Part shown: positions 1 to 10,050 of the stretch, in pieces
How the letters are laid out: every line of letters starts with the position of its first letter
Position numbering within the stretch: position 1 is the stretch's first letter
NCBI GenBank assembly: GCA_963771075.1
Contig: CAVYSE010000009.1
Location: 64,001-128,000 of the forward strand
DNA length: 64,000 nucleotides
Direction: 5' to 3'
Origin: a candidate division FCPU426 bacterium
GTDB lineage: Bacteria; Oederibacteriota; Muellerivitia; Muellerivitales; Muellerivitaceae
Program-made: the position numbers and the translations under genes
Notes under the pieces: model-generated
What the model saw: the letters and a program-made list of their open reading frames with translations, nothing else
Databases searched by the model: none
Told to the model about the DNA's origin: nothing

Positions 1-345
1 ACGTATCTCGAGAAAAACGTTTCGATCTTGGTAAGGATCCTTCGGTATCAAGAGCAGGCGGACCTCTTTTTCCATACCTAGAAGCTTTTCCTCCAGTTTC
101 GGCAATTCGTCGGAGGCGAGGTTTCTCATTTCAGGATCACCATCGGACAATAACACTTTCGCTTCATCCCTTTCTTTTAGGCATTGGAAATATTCTCCCG
201 CCTTTAAAGCTAAAAGACTTAGGTCGGAATGTTCTTTAGTTAATTTTTGAAGTTCAGCCGACCCGGACAAGGTATCGGGACGCATGAGCCTTTCGGAAAG
301 CTCCGAATATCGTCTTTGGGCTTGAATTAATTTAGATTCGATCAT
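1..345 (-). CDS. prfA: Peptide chain release factor 1, N-terminal part (runs off the window start)
   Basis: Manual translation from ATG at 345: MIESKLIQAQRRYSELSERL...LLLIPKDPYQDRNVFLEIR, matching the RF1 PKDPxDxxNVxLEIR motif. Conserved rho-rpmE-prfA order. Confidence 0.93.
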   Translation of the reverse strand, partial: MIESKLIQAQRRYSELSERLMRPDTLSGSAELQKLTKEHSDLSLLALKAGEYFQCLKERDEAKVLLSDGDPEMRNLASDELPKLEEKLLGMEKEVRLLLIPKDPYQDRNVFLEIR

Positions 346-375
346 ACTCAACCTATAAGTTTGAATTTCTTTAAC

Positions 376-414
376 AAAAAATAAAAAACGCCCTTGAGGG
401 ATTCAAGGGCGTTT
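376..414 (-). terminator. Intrinsic terminator after rpmE
   Basis: AAACGCCCTTGA-loop-TCAAGGGCGTTT stem followed by T-runs on the minus strand. Confidence 0.8.
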
Positions 415-432
415 GAATATGGGGGGGAAAAG

Positions 433-747
433 CTATTTAGTTGTTTTATCGGCGGGAGGAGGTGCAGCGGCTCGTTTTGCCTTTTTGGCCGCTGCGGCCA
501 CGGCCTTCGCTTCTAAACGGGCCTGGTTCTCTGCCTGGGCGGTGGCAGCAGAGGCAGATTTCTTTTGAAACTTTTCAACGCGTCCGGCCATATCCAAAAG
601 CTTAATTTTTCCCGTAAAAAAGGGATGGCAAGCGGAGCAAACTTCCACCGAGTAACCTTCTCCTTTGGTGGTTGCCGTTTCAATTACATTTCCGCAAGCA
701 CAGGTAATGCGGGCCTTTTGATATTTTGGATGGATTCCTGTTTGCAT
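433..747 (-). CDS. rpmE: 50S ribosomal protein L31 (Zn-binding type) with Ala/Lys-rich C-terminal tail
   Basis: IHPKY...CACG...VEVCSACHPFFTGK...GRVEKF motifs. GGAG SD upstream of ATG 747. Confidence 0.97.
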   Translation of the reverse strand: MQTGIHPKYQKARITCACGNVIETATTKGEGYSVEVCSACHPFFTGKIKLLDMAGRVEKFQKKSASAATAQAENQARLEAKAVAAAAKKAKRAAAPPPADKTTK

Positions 748-893
748 CACGACACTCCGATCAATGGGCTTTTTCCTATTGGCCGCCTAAAGTAGCGGTT
801 CAGGGTGAGTTAGTTTAGGCGAAAACCACTAAAAATCAATATTTATAGCTAACGATATCGAAAAACCATAGGCACCCAAGGCACCTTCTAACT

Positions 894-1838
894 CTATTGG
901 ACTAGATAAAGCAAAGGATTTTGAGGTTTACCATCTACCCGGATTTCAAAGTGAAGATGGGGACCTGTGACATTCCCTGATTCCCCCACTTTCCCAATCA
1001 GTTCGCCCCTTTTCACAACTTTTCCGACTTTCACCAAAATTTTATCCAAATGGGCATAGTAGGAAGTGATACCTTGCCCATGATTCAGGATTATCAATCG
1101 GCCATATCCTGCTCGGGTCCCCGCAAATATGACTTTACCATCCTGAGATGCAACTACACGAGCTCCCAAGCCCGGCGCTAGATCTAGTCCTTCATGAAAA
1201 ACGACCTGATGGGTAATGGGATGCATTCGTTTTCCGAAACCATCCGCAAACCGGCCGGTAGTGGGCTTTAAAAAGCCCCTTTGTAACTGTAGGGATATCA
1301 AGGCAATCCATCGCGGATCACGGGAGGAAAGATAAGGGGCCCCGGGCAACAACAGGATATCCCCCGGGTGAACATCTTCATCCCCTCGGATACGGTTCAT
1401 CTTTAAAAGGTCCCGAAAAGGGATTCCATACGCACGTGCGATGTCGGATAGACCTTGGCCCAACAATATCACGTGAAATATTCCGTCTTTTGAGGGAACC
1501 AGCAAATCCGTCCCTGCGGGTGGAATCCGACCATCGTTTGCTTGATTAAGACTGCGAAGGGTAGTCTCCATTAATCCCATTCGGGTCGCGATGGTCTGAA
1601 AGGTGTCCCCCGCCACTGGGTGGTAAATCGCAAAAGTTAAACCAGGGACATGCGAGTGGGGAATTTCCTCGAGTGAAACAGGCGAAGGGGGAGGCGAGGC
1701 CGTCAGGAGGTCTTTAAGCCTTGGACTCCCCTCATAAACCGTCCAAAAAAGCATACCTAACCAAAGAAAAAACAGGACCGCCGAGATTATCGCAAAAACG
1801 GTGACGGCCCCCCGTCCTGGATGTCGGGGTTCCCTCAT
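894..1838 (-). CDS. Membrane-anchored LysM-LysM-M23 peptidoglycan endopeptidase
   Basis: N-terminal TM segment, two LysM-like repeats, intact M23 motifs HEGLD, YAHL and GPHLHFE. Confidence 0.9.
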   Translation of the reverse strand: MREPRHPGRGAVTVFAIISAVLFFLWLGMLFWTVYEGSPRLKDLLTASPPPSPVSLEEIPHSHVPGLTFAIYHPVAGDTFQTIATRMGLMETTLRSLNQANDGRIPPAGTDLLVPSKDGIFHVILLGQGLSDIARAYGIPFRDLLKMNRIRGDEDVHPGDILLLPGAPYLSSRDPRWIALISLQLQRGFLKPTTGRFADGFGKRMHPITHQVVFHEGLDLAPGLGARVVASQDGKVIFAGTRAGYGRLIILNHGQGITSYYAHLDKILVKVGKVVKRGELIGKVGESGNVTGPHLHFEIRVDGKPQNPLLYLVQ

Positions 1839-1841
1839 GGC

Positions 1842-3101
1842 TTAATCGTTTAGGGTTCCCTTCATGGATTCCAGGAAAGCCTTGTTCGTTTTGGCGCGGC
1901 GCATCTTGTCCAATAAAAATTCCATGGCCTCGACTGGATTGTTGGGGTTTAGGATTTTTCGTAGAATCCAAACCTTGTTCAATTCCTCTTCGGTCATGAG
2001 CAATTCCTCACGCCGGGTTCCAGACCGTGTGATGTCAAAGGCCGGGAAAACACGCCGGTCGGCCAGTTTACGGTCCAGAATGATTTCCATATTACCTGTA
2101 CCTTTGAATTCCTCAAAAATTACTTCATCCATGCGGCTTCCGGTATCAATCAGGGCGGTCGCGATAATAGTTAAGCTGCCCCCTTCCTCGAGATCACGCG
2201 CAGCTCCGAAGAATCGCTTGGGGCGTTGAAGAGCGTTCGAGTCCACTCCGCCGGAAAGCACCTTTCCCGATGATGGTACGATCGTATTGTAAGCTCGGCC
2301 CAGACGGGTGATGGAATCCAGCAAAATCACCACATCCCGTTTATGCTCCACTAGCCGTTTGGCTTTTTCAATGATGATTTCGGCCACCGTCACATGCCGC
2401 TCGGGTGGCTCGTCAAAAGTGGAGGAAACCACCTCGCCTTTGACAGAGCGTTGCATATCGGTCACTTCCTCAGGTCGTTCATCAATCAAAAGTACGATCA
2501 AATAAACCTCAGGATGGTTTTTGGTGATACTGTTGGCGATTTTTTGAAGGAGAATTGTTTTACCCGTGCGGGGAGGGGCGACCACTAGACCGCGTTGTCC
2601 TTTTCCCAGAGGGATGAGAAGATCCATCACACGAGTGGAAAGATCGTCCGGGGTGGTTTCTAGCCAAATGCGCTTATTGGGATAGACGGGGGTCATGTTG
2701 TCAAAAAGAACTTTTTGTTTCACGGCCTCGGGCGGATCAAAATTGATGGTATCCACTTTCAGTAGCGCGAAATAACGTTCCCCTTCCTTGGGCGGCCGGA
2801 CTTGGCCTGTAACCGTGTCGCCGGTTCGAAGGTTAAAACGCCTTATTTGAGATGGGGAAACATAGATATCATCCGGGCCCGGAAGGTAATTGTAATTTGC
2901 CGACCGAAGAAATCCGAAACCGTCAGGCAGTATTTCCAGTACCCCCTCGGCGTTAATCACGCCATTGCGCTGAGTCTGGGTTTCCAAGAGCTTGAAGATG
3001 AGGTCCTGCTTCTTCATGGCGCTGATTCCCTCGAGCTTCAACTCCCCCGCCATTTCCGTCAATTCGGCGATAGTCTTTTTCTTCAAGTCGGCGATATCCA
3101 T
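1842..3101 (-). CDS. rho: Transcription termination factor Rho
   Basis: [33 protein letters not shown] and [10 protein letters not shown] motifs. Confidence 0.99.
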   Translation of the reverse strand: MDIADLKKKTIAELTEMAGELKLEGISAMKKQDLIFKLLETQTQRNGVINAEGVLEILPDGFGFLRSANYNYLPGPDDIYVSPSQIRRFNLRTGDTVTGQVRPPKEGERYFALLKVDTINFDPPEAVKQKVLFDNMTPVYPNKRIWLETTPDDLSTRVMDLLIPLGKGQRGLVVAPPRTGKTILLQKIANSITKNHPEVYLIVLLIDERPEEVTDMQRSVKGEVVSSTFDEPPERHVTVAEIIIEKAKRLVEHKRDVVILLDSITRLGRAYNTIVPSSGKVLSGGVDSNALQRPKRFFGAARDLEEGGSLTIIATALIDTGSRMDEVIFEEFKGTGNMEIILDRKLADRRVFPAFDITRSGTRREELLMTEEELNKVWILRKILNPNNPVEAMEFLLDKMRRAKTNKAFLESMKGTLND

Positions 3102-3328
3102 AAAAGCTTCTTTCCTTTCAAAAAGTGTTGTTTTAATTCCCAGCGCGAGTTCAAGGTGATGAGCGATTACTGCCTGGCGAAAAGCCCGGCAATGTCAGTT
3201 TGAAGGAAGTTCCAGAGGTTAAAAAAAATCGGAATAACCGCTCGTTAATGGATTTAATTCGGGCTTGGGAAACGAACCACCGGGGGTTCAACGAAAGACT
3301 GGCAACTGCTTTTCGTTAATGACAATTC

Positions 3329-3358
3329 ATCCTATTCCACATTCTTTAAAAGTGTCAA
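3329..3358 (-). promoter_or_regulatory. Sigma70-type promoter of rho
   Basis: TTGACA-18 nt-TAGGAT on the minus strand. Confidence 0.6.
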
Positions 3359-3381
3359 CCCTTTTTTAGCCCGGGATTTTC

Positions 3382-4776
3382 TTAAAGGGGATAAGCCACG
3401 ACTTGGTTTCGTCCCCGCGACTTCGCCGCATAGAGCGCCTGATCGGCCTTGGCGATCAGATCTAACATTGTCGAGGAATCCTGCGGGAATGTGGCTACTC
3501 CCACCGAAATGGTCACCTGGGTCGTTTCCTTCCCCACGGGGAAAGGATGGCTTTCCACCGCCTTCCTCAATTTTTCCGCCAGTTCCATGGCCTGCTCCTT
3601 AGAGGTTTCCGCAGCCACCAATACCATTTCCTCTCCGCCATAGCGGGCCGCCAAGTGGGTCACGTCGGATTTTACCTGTAAAATTTTAGCCATTTCCATT
3701 AAGACATGGTCCCCGGCCACATGCCCAAACGTATCGTTATAGTGTTTGAAATGATCTATATCCATGATCAATAGGCTCAACTCGGATGAATACCGGGTGG
3801 CCAGAACAATTTCCTCCTCCAAACGCAGTTTAAAATGACGGTGGGAAAAAAGTTTAGTTAATCCGTCGGTGATCGATAACTTTTGAACTTTCTCATAAAG
3901 CAGGGATTTTTGCAGGCCGATCGAAATTTGGTTGCAAAAAACCTGGAGGTTGGAGAATTTTTCCTCGTCCATAAAATCCTCGTGAGCCGAAAAGGAACAA
4001 AGAAATCCGATCACCCTTTCCTGCACCAAGAAAGGCAGAAAGACGAAGGAGCGGATGGGAAGGTGTTTCCATTTGGAAAAATGCGGGTCGTCGGACAAGG
4101 AACGTATCCAGAGGGGTTTACATTCCCGCGTCAATTTGGCTCCCAACTGGTGGGAATCAGGTTCGATCTCCAAGGTTTTTAGGAAATTCTCATCACAGCC
4201 CGAGGCAATGCGCGATTCATACCGACGGCCATCGTTGGAAACCGCCCCCATCATAAAATGGGGAAGTTCGAACATTCTTTCGGTGAAATCCCTCGCAAGT
4301 TCGATCATCTCCTGGACATTCAGGGTGCTGCCAGCCTCCTTAATGACATCGTAGAGGTGTTCCACCTGATGCAGTTGTTTCTCAATTTGTATATTCTGTT
4401 GGTGTAGCCTCTCCGCTTCCAGTTTTTTCAAATCCAGCTGTCTTTTCCGTTGCTCAAACTCCTGATCAAAATTCCGGCGGGTGCGATCCTGGACGGCTTG
4501 GATAAAATCAGGTGTTAACAAAAGGGAAAAAACCGACAACAGTTCCGGCACCACCAAGTTTTGGTGAGGCCCCCCCGTCATTAGTTTGAGGATAGCCGCG
4601 CCCAGGGCATAAACCAAAAAAAACCAACGGGCGCTGTTGGGATAGGCAAACCGGTAAGGGACGATAAAAAGAATGGGTAAAGAAAGAGCATAAGGACCAA
4701 ATCCAGGTAAATAGCTCAAGCCTAACACCACCGCCCCCAGTGCCAATCCGCAAATCATTTCCACTCGATCGGTCAC
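3382..4776 (-). CDS. Membrane sensor diguanylate cyclase (TM - coiled coil - GAF - GGDEF), no I-site
   Basis: TDGLT, DIDHFKHYND.FGHVAGD, RYGGEEM and ADQALY motifs. GAF-like middle region and hydrophobic N-terminus. GTG start overlaps the upstream stop. Confidence 0.92.
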   Translation of the reverse strand: MTDRVEMICGLALGAVVLGLSYLPGFGPYALSLPILFIVPYRFAYPNSARWFFLVYALGAAILKLMTGGPHQNLVVPELLSVFSLLLTPDFIQAVQDRTRRNFDQEFEQRKRQLDLKKLEAERLHQQNIQIEKQLHQVEHLYDVIKEAGSTLNVQEMIELARDFTERMFELPHFMMGAVSNDGRRYESRIASGCDENFLKTLEIEPDSHQLGAKLTRECKPLWIRSLSDDPHFSKWKHLPIRSFVFLPFLVQERVIGFLCSFSAHEDFMDEEKFSNLQVFCNQISIGLQKSLLYEKVQKLSITDGLTKLFSHRHFKLRLEEEIVLATRYSSELSLLIMDIDHFKHYNDTFGHVAGDHVLMEMAKILQVKSDVTHLAARYGGEEMVLVAAETSKEQAMELAEKLRKAVESHPFPVGKETTQVTISVGVATFPQDSSTMLDLIAKADQALYAAKSRGRNQVVAYPL

Positions 4777-6245
4777 GAAGGACCTCCCGGGCGGGCCAAC
4801 CTAACGCAATTTTTCCCTTCGCCTTTCGCCTGGTAGAGCGCCTGATCCGCAGCGTCAATGAATTTTTCCACTTCTTTGAACTCCGGCACCAATTCCGCCA
4901 CGCCGATGGAAACCGTAACATGGGTGGATTCCTGGGAAGCAATGATTTCCTGTTCTTCTATTTTCTCGCGTATTCTTTCGGCAACGGTTTGAGCACCGAC
5001 CGCGGGGGTCTTGAGCAGAAGAACCGAGAATTCCTCCCCCCCATAGCGGGCGACCAGATCCACCGTCCGAACCGACTCTTTCAACACCTGCGCTACTACC
5101 TTTAACACCCGGTCCCCAACCAGATGGCCATAACGGTCGTTATAGGTCTTGAAATTATCCACATCCAACATGAGCAAACTGAGCGGCAGTTTATGTTCTT
5201 GGGCCCGGAACACCTCATCCCGGAGCCTTTCCTTGTAATAACGTTGGACATAAAGGCCGGTCAGGCCATCCGTAATCGCCAATTCGATGGTCTGCCGGTA
5301 AAGCGCCACATGTTCAAGCGCCACCGTACCCAAATCAGCGAAGTTTGATAGAAGGCGCGCATCCTCCTGGCGAAAGGCTCCCGATAAATCCGATTCCATG
5401 CGGATCAAGCCCAGCATTTCAGACCCAGCCATCAGGGGGGCCGAAACTAAGCTTTTCACCCCCGTATGGGAACCCAGGGTTTGGAAACGGAAATCCTTGG
5501 AAGCATCCCCCACAACGAGGGGTTTGCTTTGACCCATCACCCAAGCGTTGAAGGCTTCCTGCGGGTTCAATCGCTCGCGATTCAAGCGCACGTCCATTTC
5601 CGTGTCAGGGCTATAGCGGACGGCATGAAGGGCTTTGCCGATACTGCTGTCAAACAAGAGCAAAGAATAAACCCCCCCGTGCACCAGAAAGGTTTTCGAG
5701 ATCGTCTCAATGAGCAGCACCACCACTTCCTGTGTTTTGACGGTCATCGCCAGGCTACGGGCCAACTCGTTCAATGCGGTATAACGTTGGATCTTGATTT
5801 GATTCGCCGAGAACGCGGCCCGGTCCTTATCAAAGGCCCTTTGGGTGTCGTTAACTGCCATTTCGGTTTCTTCCAGCGTATTATTAAAGTCGAATTCCCT
5901 CCTTTCCTTTTCCAAACTCCGCCGGTGCCAGAAATAAAGATTGAACCCCAGGACCGCCAAGAAAAAGAAAAAGGGAACCCAGGAATAATCGGAATCCAAA
6001 AGGTTGAGCAAATTCGCTAAAACAGCCCCGGCCGAAAGAACAATGGTGATCGTCATGTTGAAATAAATCATGGATAGGGCAAGAGGCACAAAAATCAGAA
6101 AAAGGGCCGATCCCAGGTTTCCCCCGTGAGCATCGGTCCAATAGCAATAAAACATGACCGTAAAAAAAGTTCCCAGAACCCAAATCCATTTTTGGGTAGG
6201 GGTGGCCTTTTGAAGCTGTTCGATGATTTTCTCATGAAGGATCAT
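4773..6245 (-). CDS. Membrane sensor diguanylate cyclase (TM - coiled coil - GAF - GGDEF), I-site present
   Basis: TDGLTGL, DVDNFKTYND.YGHLVGD and RTVDLVARYGGEEF motifs. Start placed at ATG 6245 (ATGA overlap with the coaE stop). Confidence 0.92.
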   Translation of the reverse strand: MILHEKIIEQLQKATPTQKWIWVLGTFFTVMFYCYWTDAHGGNLGSALFLIFVPLALSMIYFNMTITIVLSAGAVLANLLNLLDSDYSWVPFFFFLAVLGFNLYFWHRRSLEKERREFDFNNTLEETEMAVNDTQRAFDKDRAAFSANQIKIQRYTALNELARSLAMTVKTQEVVVLLIETISKTFLVHGGVYSLLLFDSSIGKALHAVRYSPDTEMDVRLNRERLNPQEAFNAWVMGQSKPLVVGDASKDFRFQTLGSHTGVKSLVSAPLMAGSEMLGLIRMESDLSGAFRQEDARLLSNFADLGTVALEHVALYRQTIELAITDGLTGLYVQRYYKERLRDEVFRAQEHKLPLSLLMLDVDNFKTYNDRYGHLVGDRVLKVVAQVLKESVRTVDLVARYGGEEFSVLLLKTPAVGAQTVAERIREKIEEQEIIASQESTHVTVSIGVAELVPEFKEVEKFIDAADQALYQAKGEGKNCVRLARPGGPS

Positions 6246-6901
6246 TGTTTTCCAAAATACTCGGTTTTCCAGGAACGCGCAGACTTCCCGTCCATACGCT
6301 TCAGCCATTTTTTCAATTCCCGGTGAAGCGTCGGAATATCTTTGTTATTGCGCACCACCCAATTGGATGACATCTCCCGTTTCCGAGCGGACCATTGTAA
6401 TTTCTCCCGCCGAAGGGATTCGGCCGCGGTCCAACCCCTACGGGCAAGCCGAAGCCGCCTTTTTCGGGTCTGGGCCGAGATACATAAGACCCCGTCAAAC
6501 CAGCGATAATAACCGCCTTCATAAATCAAGGGAACCTCCACCACCGCCAAACGGGGAGGACGAAGCCTTGAAGCAAGCTTTTTTGCCCAAACTCCGACCC
6601 GGCGACGAATTTCAGGGTGAGTCGTCCGGTTTAACCGGTATTGCTGGCGGCCGTCTTGAAAAACCACCTCGGCTAATTTCGCCCGATCAACCCGGCCCTT
6701 TTTACCCAATATTCCCTTCCCAAAAAGGGAAACGAGCCGGTCCCGAAAGGTTTTTTCCCTTAAAAGCTGATGCCCCAATCGGTCGGTCTGCAAGGTGGGG
6801 ATGCCCGCCGATTTTATAAAAGAGAGGGCCGCACTCTTTCCGGCCCCCGGGGCGCCCGTCAACCCGATGAATAAGGTTCGGGAGACCTTGGCTTTCGCCA
6901 T
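6242..6901 (-). CDS. coaE: Dephospho-CoA kinase
   Basis: IGLTGAPGAGKS P-loop, VDRAKLAEVVF, THPEIR and VEVPLIYE motifs. Confidence 0.93.
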   Translation of the reverse strand: MAKAKVSRTLFIGLTGAPGAGKSAALSFIKSAGIPTLQTDRLGHQLLREKTFRDRLVSLFGKGILGKKGRVDRAKLAEVVFQDGRQQYRLNRTTHPEIRRRVGVWAKKLASRLRPPRLAVVEVPLIYEGGYYRWFDGVLCISAQTRKRRLRLARRGWTAAESLRREKLQWSARKREMSSNWVVRNNKDIPTLHRELKKWLKRMDGKSARSWKTEYFGKQ

Positions 6902-7753
6902 TTATGATCCAGATTGCTGTTGGAAGGCGTTGTAGGTATTTTGCATGAGCATTGCGATCGTCATCAGTCCCACCCCCCCCGGAACGGGGGATATGGCCGA
7001 AGCAACTTGGGAAACAGGCCTGAAGTCGACATCCCCGCATAATTTTTCCCCGGGAGGACGGTTCGTCCCAACGTCCACTACCACTGCGCCCGGCTTAACC
7101 ATATCCGCCGTGATAAAACGCGCTTTCCCAATGGCCGCCACTAGCAGGTCCGCGCGTCGGGTTTCCGCCCCCAAATCCTTGGTACGGCTGTGGCACATGG
7201 TCACCGTGGCATGCTCCGCCAATAACATTTGGGCCATGGGTTTCCCCACCATGTTGCTGCGTCCTACCACCACCGCGTTGGAACCTTGGATGGGTATTTT
7301 ATAGTGATGAAGCATTTCCATCACGCCATAAGGCGTGCAGGATTTGGGCCCAGGAAAACCCGCAACGAGCCTTCCCAAATTATCGGGATGCAAACCATCC
7401 ACGTCTTTTTGAGGGTCAATCGTCAATAGGACCTTGTTCGCATCGAAGCCTTTGGGAAGGGGCAATTGGACGAGCAAGCCGTGAAGGGCGGGATCTTGAT
7501 TGTACCTCCGCACCCATTCCAATAGTTCTTCCTGGGTGGTGCTATCCGGAAGCCGCGTGACGACCGAATGAAATCCAATTTCCTGGCAGGCCTTTTCCTT
7601 GTTGGCGACATAAATTTTCGAGCCTGGATCTTCCCCCACCAAGATCACCGCCAACCCGGGACGCGGTGAACCCGCGGGGATAGCCCCCGCAATGGATCTC
7701 AAGCGGTCTTTGACCGCCATCGAAACAACTTTTCCATCCAATAACATCGCCAT
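6902..7753 (-). CDS. folD: Bifunctional methylenetetrahydrofolate dehydrogenase/cyclohydrolase
   Basis: LLDGK, YVANK, LVQLPLP, KDVDG, GRSNMVGKP and PVPGGVG motifs. Confidence 0.98.
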   Translation of the reverse strand: MAMLLDGKVVSMAVKDRLRSIAGAIPAGSPRPGLAVILVGEDPGSKIYVANKEKACQEIGFHSVVTRLPDSTTQEELLEWVRRYNQDPALHGLLVQLPLPKGFDANKVLLTIDPQKDVDGLHPDNLGRLVAGFPGPKSCTPYGVMEMLHHYKIPIQGSNAVVVGRSNMVGKPMAQMLLAEHATVTMCHSRTKDLGAETRRADLLVAAIGKARFITADMVKPGAVVVDVGTNRPPGEKLCGDVDFRPVSQVASAISPVPGGVGLMTIAMLMQNTYNAFQQQSGS

Positions 7754-7862
7754 TAAGGCTTTCCTCCCCCGAACGGTCAAACGAGTGCATTTTAGCCTTG
7801 GGTCGAACCGAATTCCACGGCATATCCAAACGCCGATCCAGGCCTTTTCGCCTTTTGTTTTT

Positions 7863-8411
7863 TTAACGGTTCGTCATGAGGGCCAACGATTCGACCGATC
7901 GCTGGATTTCGGAAAGATCAAAGGGTTTTAACACCACCGTCAAAGGCCCGAGTTTCATGGCCTCCACCAACATCTCGCTGTCGGGATAAGCCGTGACGAT
8001 GACCACCAGGGATTTCAGGTTTAATTTCTTGATTTCCTTGAAAACTTCCACCCCGTTCATCCCGGGCATCTTCAAGTCGAGAAAAATGAAATCGTAATAT
8101 GACCGTGATGCCGCTTCCAAGCCCTCTGCGCCGCTATGCACCATCTCCACAACGTACTTGCGCTTATCAAGAGCCTTGGAAAAAAGATCGCAAATAGCCG
8201 ACTCATCATCAACGACGAGGATTTTCTTTTGGCTTGGGGAGGATCCCTTTTCAAGCCACTTATCGATCAACTCTTTTTTGAAACGCCATTCGCTGGCAAC
8301 TTTGAAAGAGGGGATCTCGCCCTGCTGGGCCAGCTTGTATATCGTCGTCGTGGTAATTTTTAAATAGGTCGACAACTCTTGGGCCGTCATAATTTCGTCG
8401 TTTTGAATCAT
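7863..8411 (-). CDS. Excisionase-like HTH (HTH_17) fused to a C-terminal receiver domain
   Basis: IMTAQELSTYLKITTTTIYKLAQQGEIPSFKV..EWRF, then ILVVDDE...FLDLKMPGMNG...TAY...KPF. Confidence 0.88.
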   Translation of the reverse strand: MIQNDEIMTAQELSTYLKITTTTIYKLAQQGEIPSFKVASEWRFKKELIDKWLEKGSSPSQKKILVVDDESAICDLFSKALDKRKYVVEMVHSGAEGLEAASRSYYDFIFLDLKMPGMNGVEVFKEIKKLNLKSLVVIVTAYPDSEMLVEAMKLGPLTVVLKPFDLSEIQRSVESLALMTNR

Positions 8412-8654
8412 GCCTTTTAAAGGTTCCTTCAAGAATTGCGCAGAGTCTTAGCTACCGAATAAATACTTCACTTATTATACCGTAAATCATTTTTGCAACC
8501 CCAACTCTTTGGCCACCCGGTGATTTCTGAATATGATCACTGACAAAGTTCTGGGTTAAAATCATACCCTTTTATTCGGATCATTCTTTACCAAGTACTA
8601 TTTTCTCAAACACTTGGTTAAATGGGATTTCTGCAATTCTATATGATTCTACCC

Positions 8655-8972
8655 TTACGCCTGTTTTTGGACGGTATCAATATAAGAGCGTTCAATCTCA
8701 ATCTTGGTGTTCTCTGCCACCTTGAGAATGATGGTTTGTTCTTTAATGTCGGCCACAACACCATAAACGCCCCCCCGGGTCAGGACCCGGTCTCCCCTCT
8801 GGATGGAGTTAAGCAAAGCTTCCCTTTTCTTACGTTCCTTGGATTGGGGAACAATCATGATGAAATAAAACAAACCCACGATCAGAATCATGGGCAAAAA
8901 CGAGATGATTCCGGCCATCGGGGATGTTCCAGCGACAGAGGATGCGGCAGTTTGAGCGAATGCGGTTCCCAT
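8655..8972 (-). CDS. yajC: Preprotein translocase subunit YajC
   Basis: FYFIMIVPQSK...GDRVLTRGGVYG motif and typical size. Confidence 0.93.
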   Translation of the reverse strand: MGTAFAQTAASSVAGTSPMAGIISFLPMILIVGLFYFIMIVPQSKERKKREALLNSIQRGDRVLTRGGVYGVVADIKEQTIILKVAENTKIEIERSYIDTVQKQA

Positions 8973-9066
8973 GATTAACTCCCGGTCTGTAAACTTTTAA
9001 GATTCTAAAACCGAAAAGGTTTTAACGGATTCCTTTACCAAATGCCATTAAAACTTGAGAAACTTT

Positions 9067-9879
9067 TTAATGTTCGTCTAATACACCATAACGAATGGAT
9101 TTTATCTTTCCCTCTTTGTCAATTAGGACTTCTAACTTGTCAGCAAAACCCAGGCCGTTGTCATGGTTATAACGCAAAACCCTGAGCCCATCCCGTTTAT
9201 CCTGCCCCTCATAAGAAAAATAAACGTTTTGAAAAGCGTTTCGCACATCCCCCACGCCAGAATCAAAGGAAATTCCATCCGGAGTCAATATCCTGAGATC
9301 TCCTTCCTTTTGGGGAGAGTCCAGTTTAACAATTCCCCGGCTCATGTCCTCATAACGAAGCAGGGTTAGGTTCTTAACCGCATATAGGTTTCGCGCGGTC
9401 CCTGATATTTTGCGGCTTTCCACCTTTTTGGATATTGGCCACTTTTGGTCCTCCGCCAGGGTAAAGATCTCATTGAGCCCATATCGGACACCTTTATACC
9501 ATCCCTCGCCATTGGCAAAATCAACCACTAATAAATCGGCGGTATCTTTGTTTTTTTGAGCCGCATCCTGGGCCTTTTTAGTAGCGTCCGCCTGGAAGGC
9601 TTCCATTTGCTCTTTCTTCTTATCGTTATTTTGACTTTCTTCCTTCTTTTCTGCCCACGGTGTTTGAGTACCCTGGAATTTCATCTTTTCCATATCCAAT
9701 TTCAATTTTTCGTTCTCAAGCTGAAGTCGTTCGATTTCCAATTGTTTCTTTTCCATTTCCAGGTCGGAAGCGGTCAAGGTGGCCACAGGTGTCGTGCTTA
9801 AGGGATTATCCTGAGAAAAAACCTTATAAGTCGAAAAAAACAGAGCTAAACCAATCAAACTGATCAACACATTTCGCAT
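9067..9879 (-). CDS. Hypothetical exported protein with a coiled-coil segment
   Basis: Signal-peptide-like N-terminus MRNVLISLIGLALFF, GGGAGA SD, charged heptad region. No recognisable family. Confidence 0.75.
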   Translation of the reverse strand: MRNVLISLIGLALFFSTYKVFSQDNPLSTTPVATLTASDLEMEKKQLEIERLQLENEKLKLDMEKMKFQGTQTPWAEKKEESQNNDKKKEQMEAFQADATKKAQDAAQKNKDTADLLVVDFANGEGWYKGVRYGLNEIFTLAEDQKWPISKKVESRKISGTARNLYAVKNLTLLRYEDMSRGIVKLDSPQKEGDLRILTPDGISFDSGVGDVRNAFQNVYFSYEGQDKRDGLRVLRYNHDNGLGFADKLEVLIDKEGKIKSIRYGVLDEH

Positions 9880-10002
9880 TTGAATCTCCCAAACATGGTT
9901 GTTGACTAAAAACATCTTACTCATAAGTGACCAAGAAAAACAAAAGACCTTTTAAAATTAAAAGTTCATACCAAGAGATAAAACTTAAGGCTTATTTAGG
10001 CA

Positions 10003-10039
10003 TAAAAAAACCCCGTCCCACAATGCGGGACGGGGTTTT
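10003..10039 (-). terminator. Intrinsic terminator after the putative porin gene
   Basis: AAAACCCCGTCCCGC-ATT-GTGGGACGGGGTTTTTTT on the minus strand. Confidence 0.85.
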
Positions 10040-10050
10040 CGAACAACGAC

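Noticed and set aside
7863..8411. Excisionase indicating a mobile element
   Set aside because: The HTH is fused to a receiver domain and flanked by yajC and folD, with no integrase nearby.
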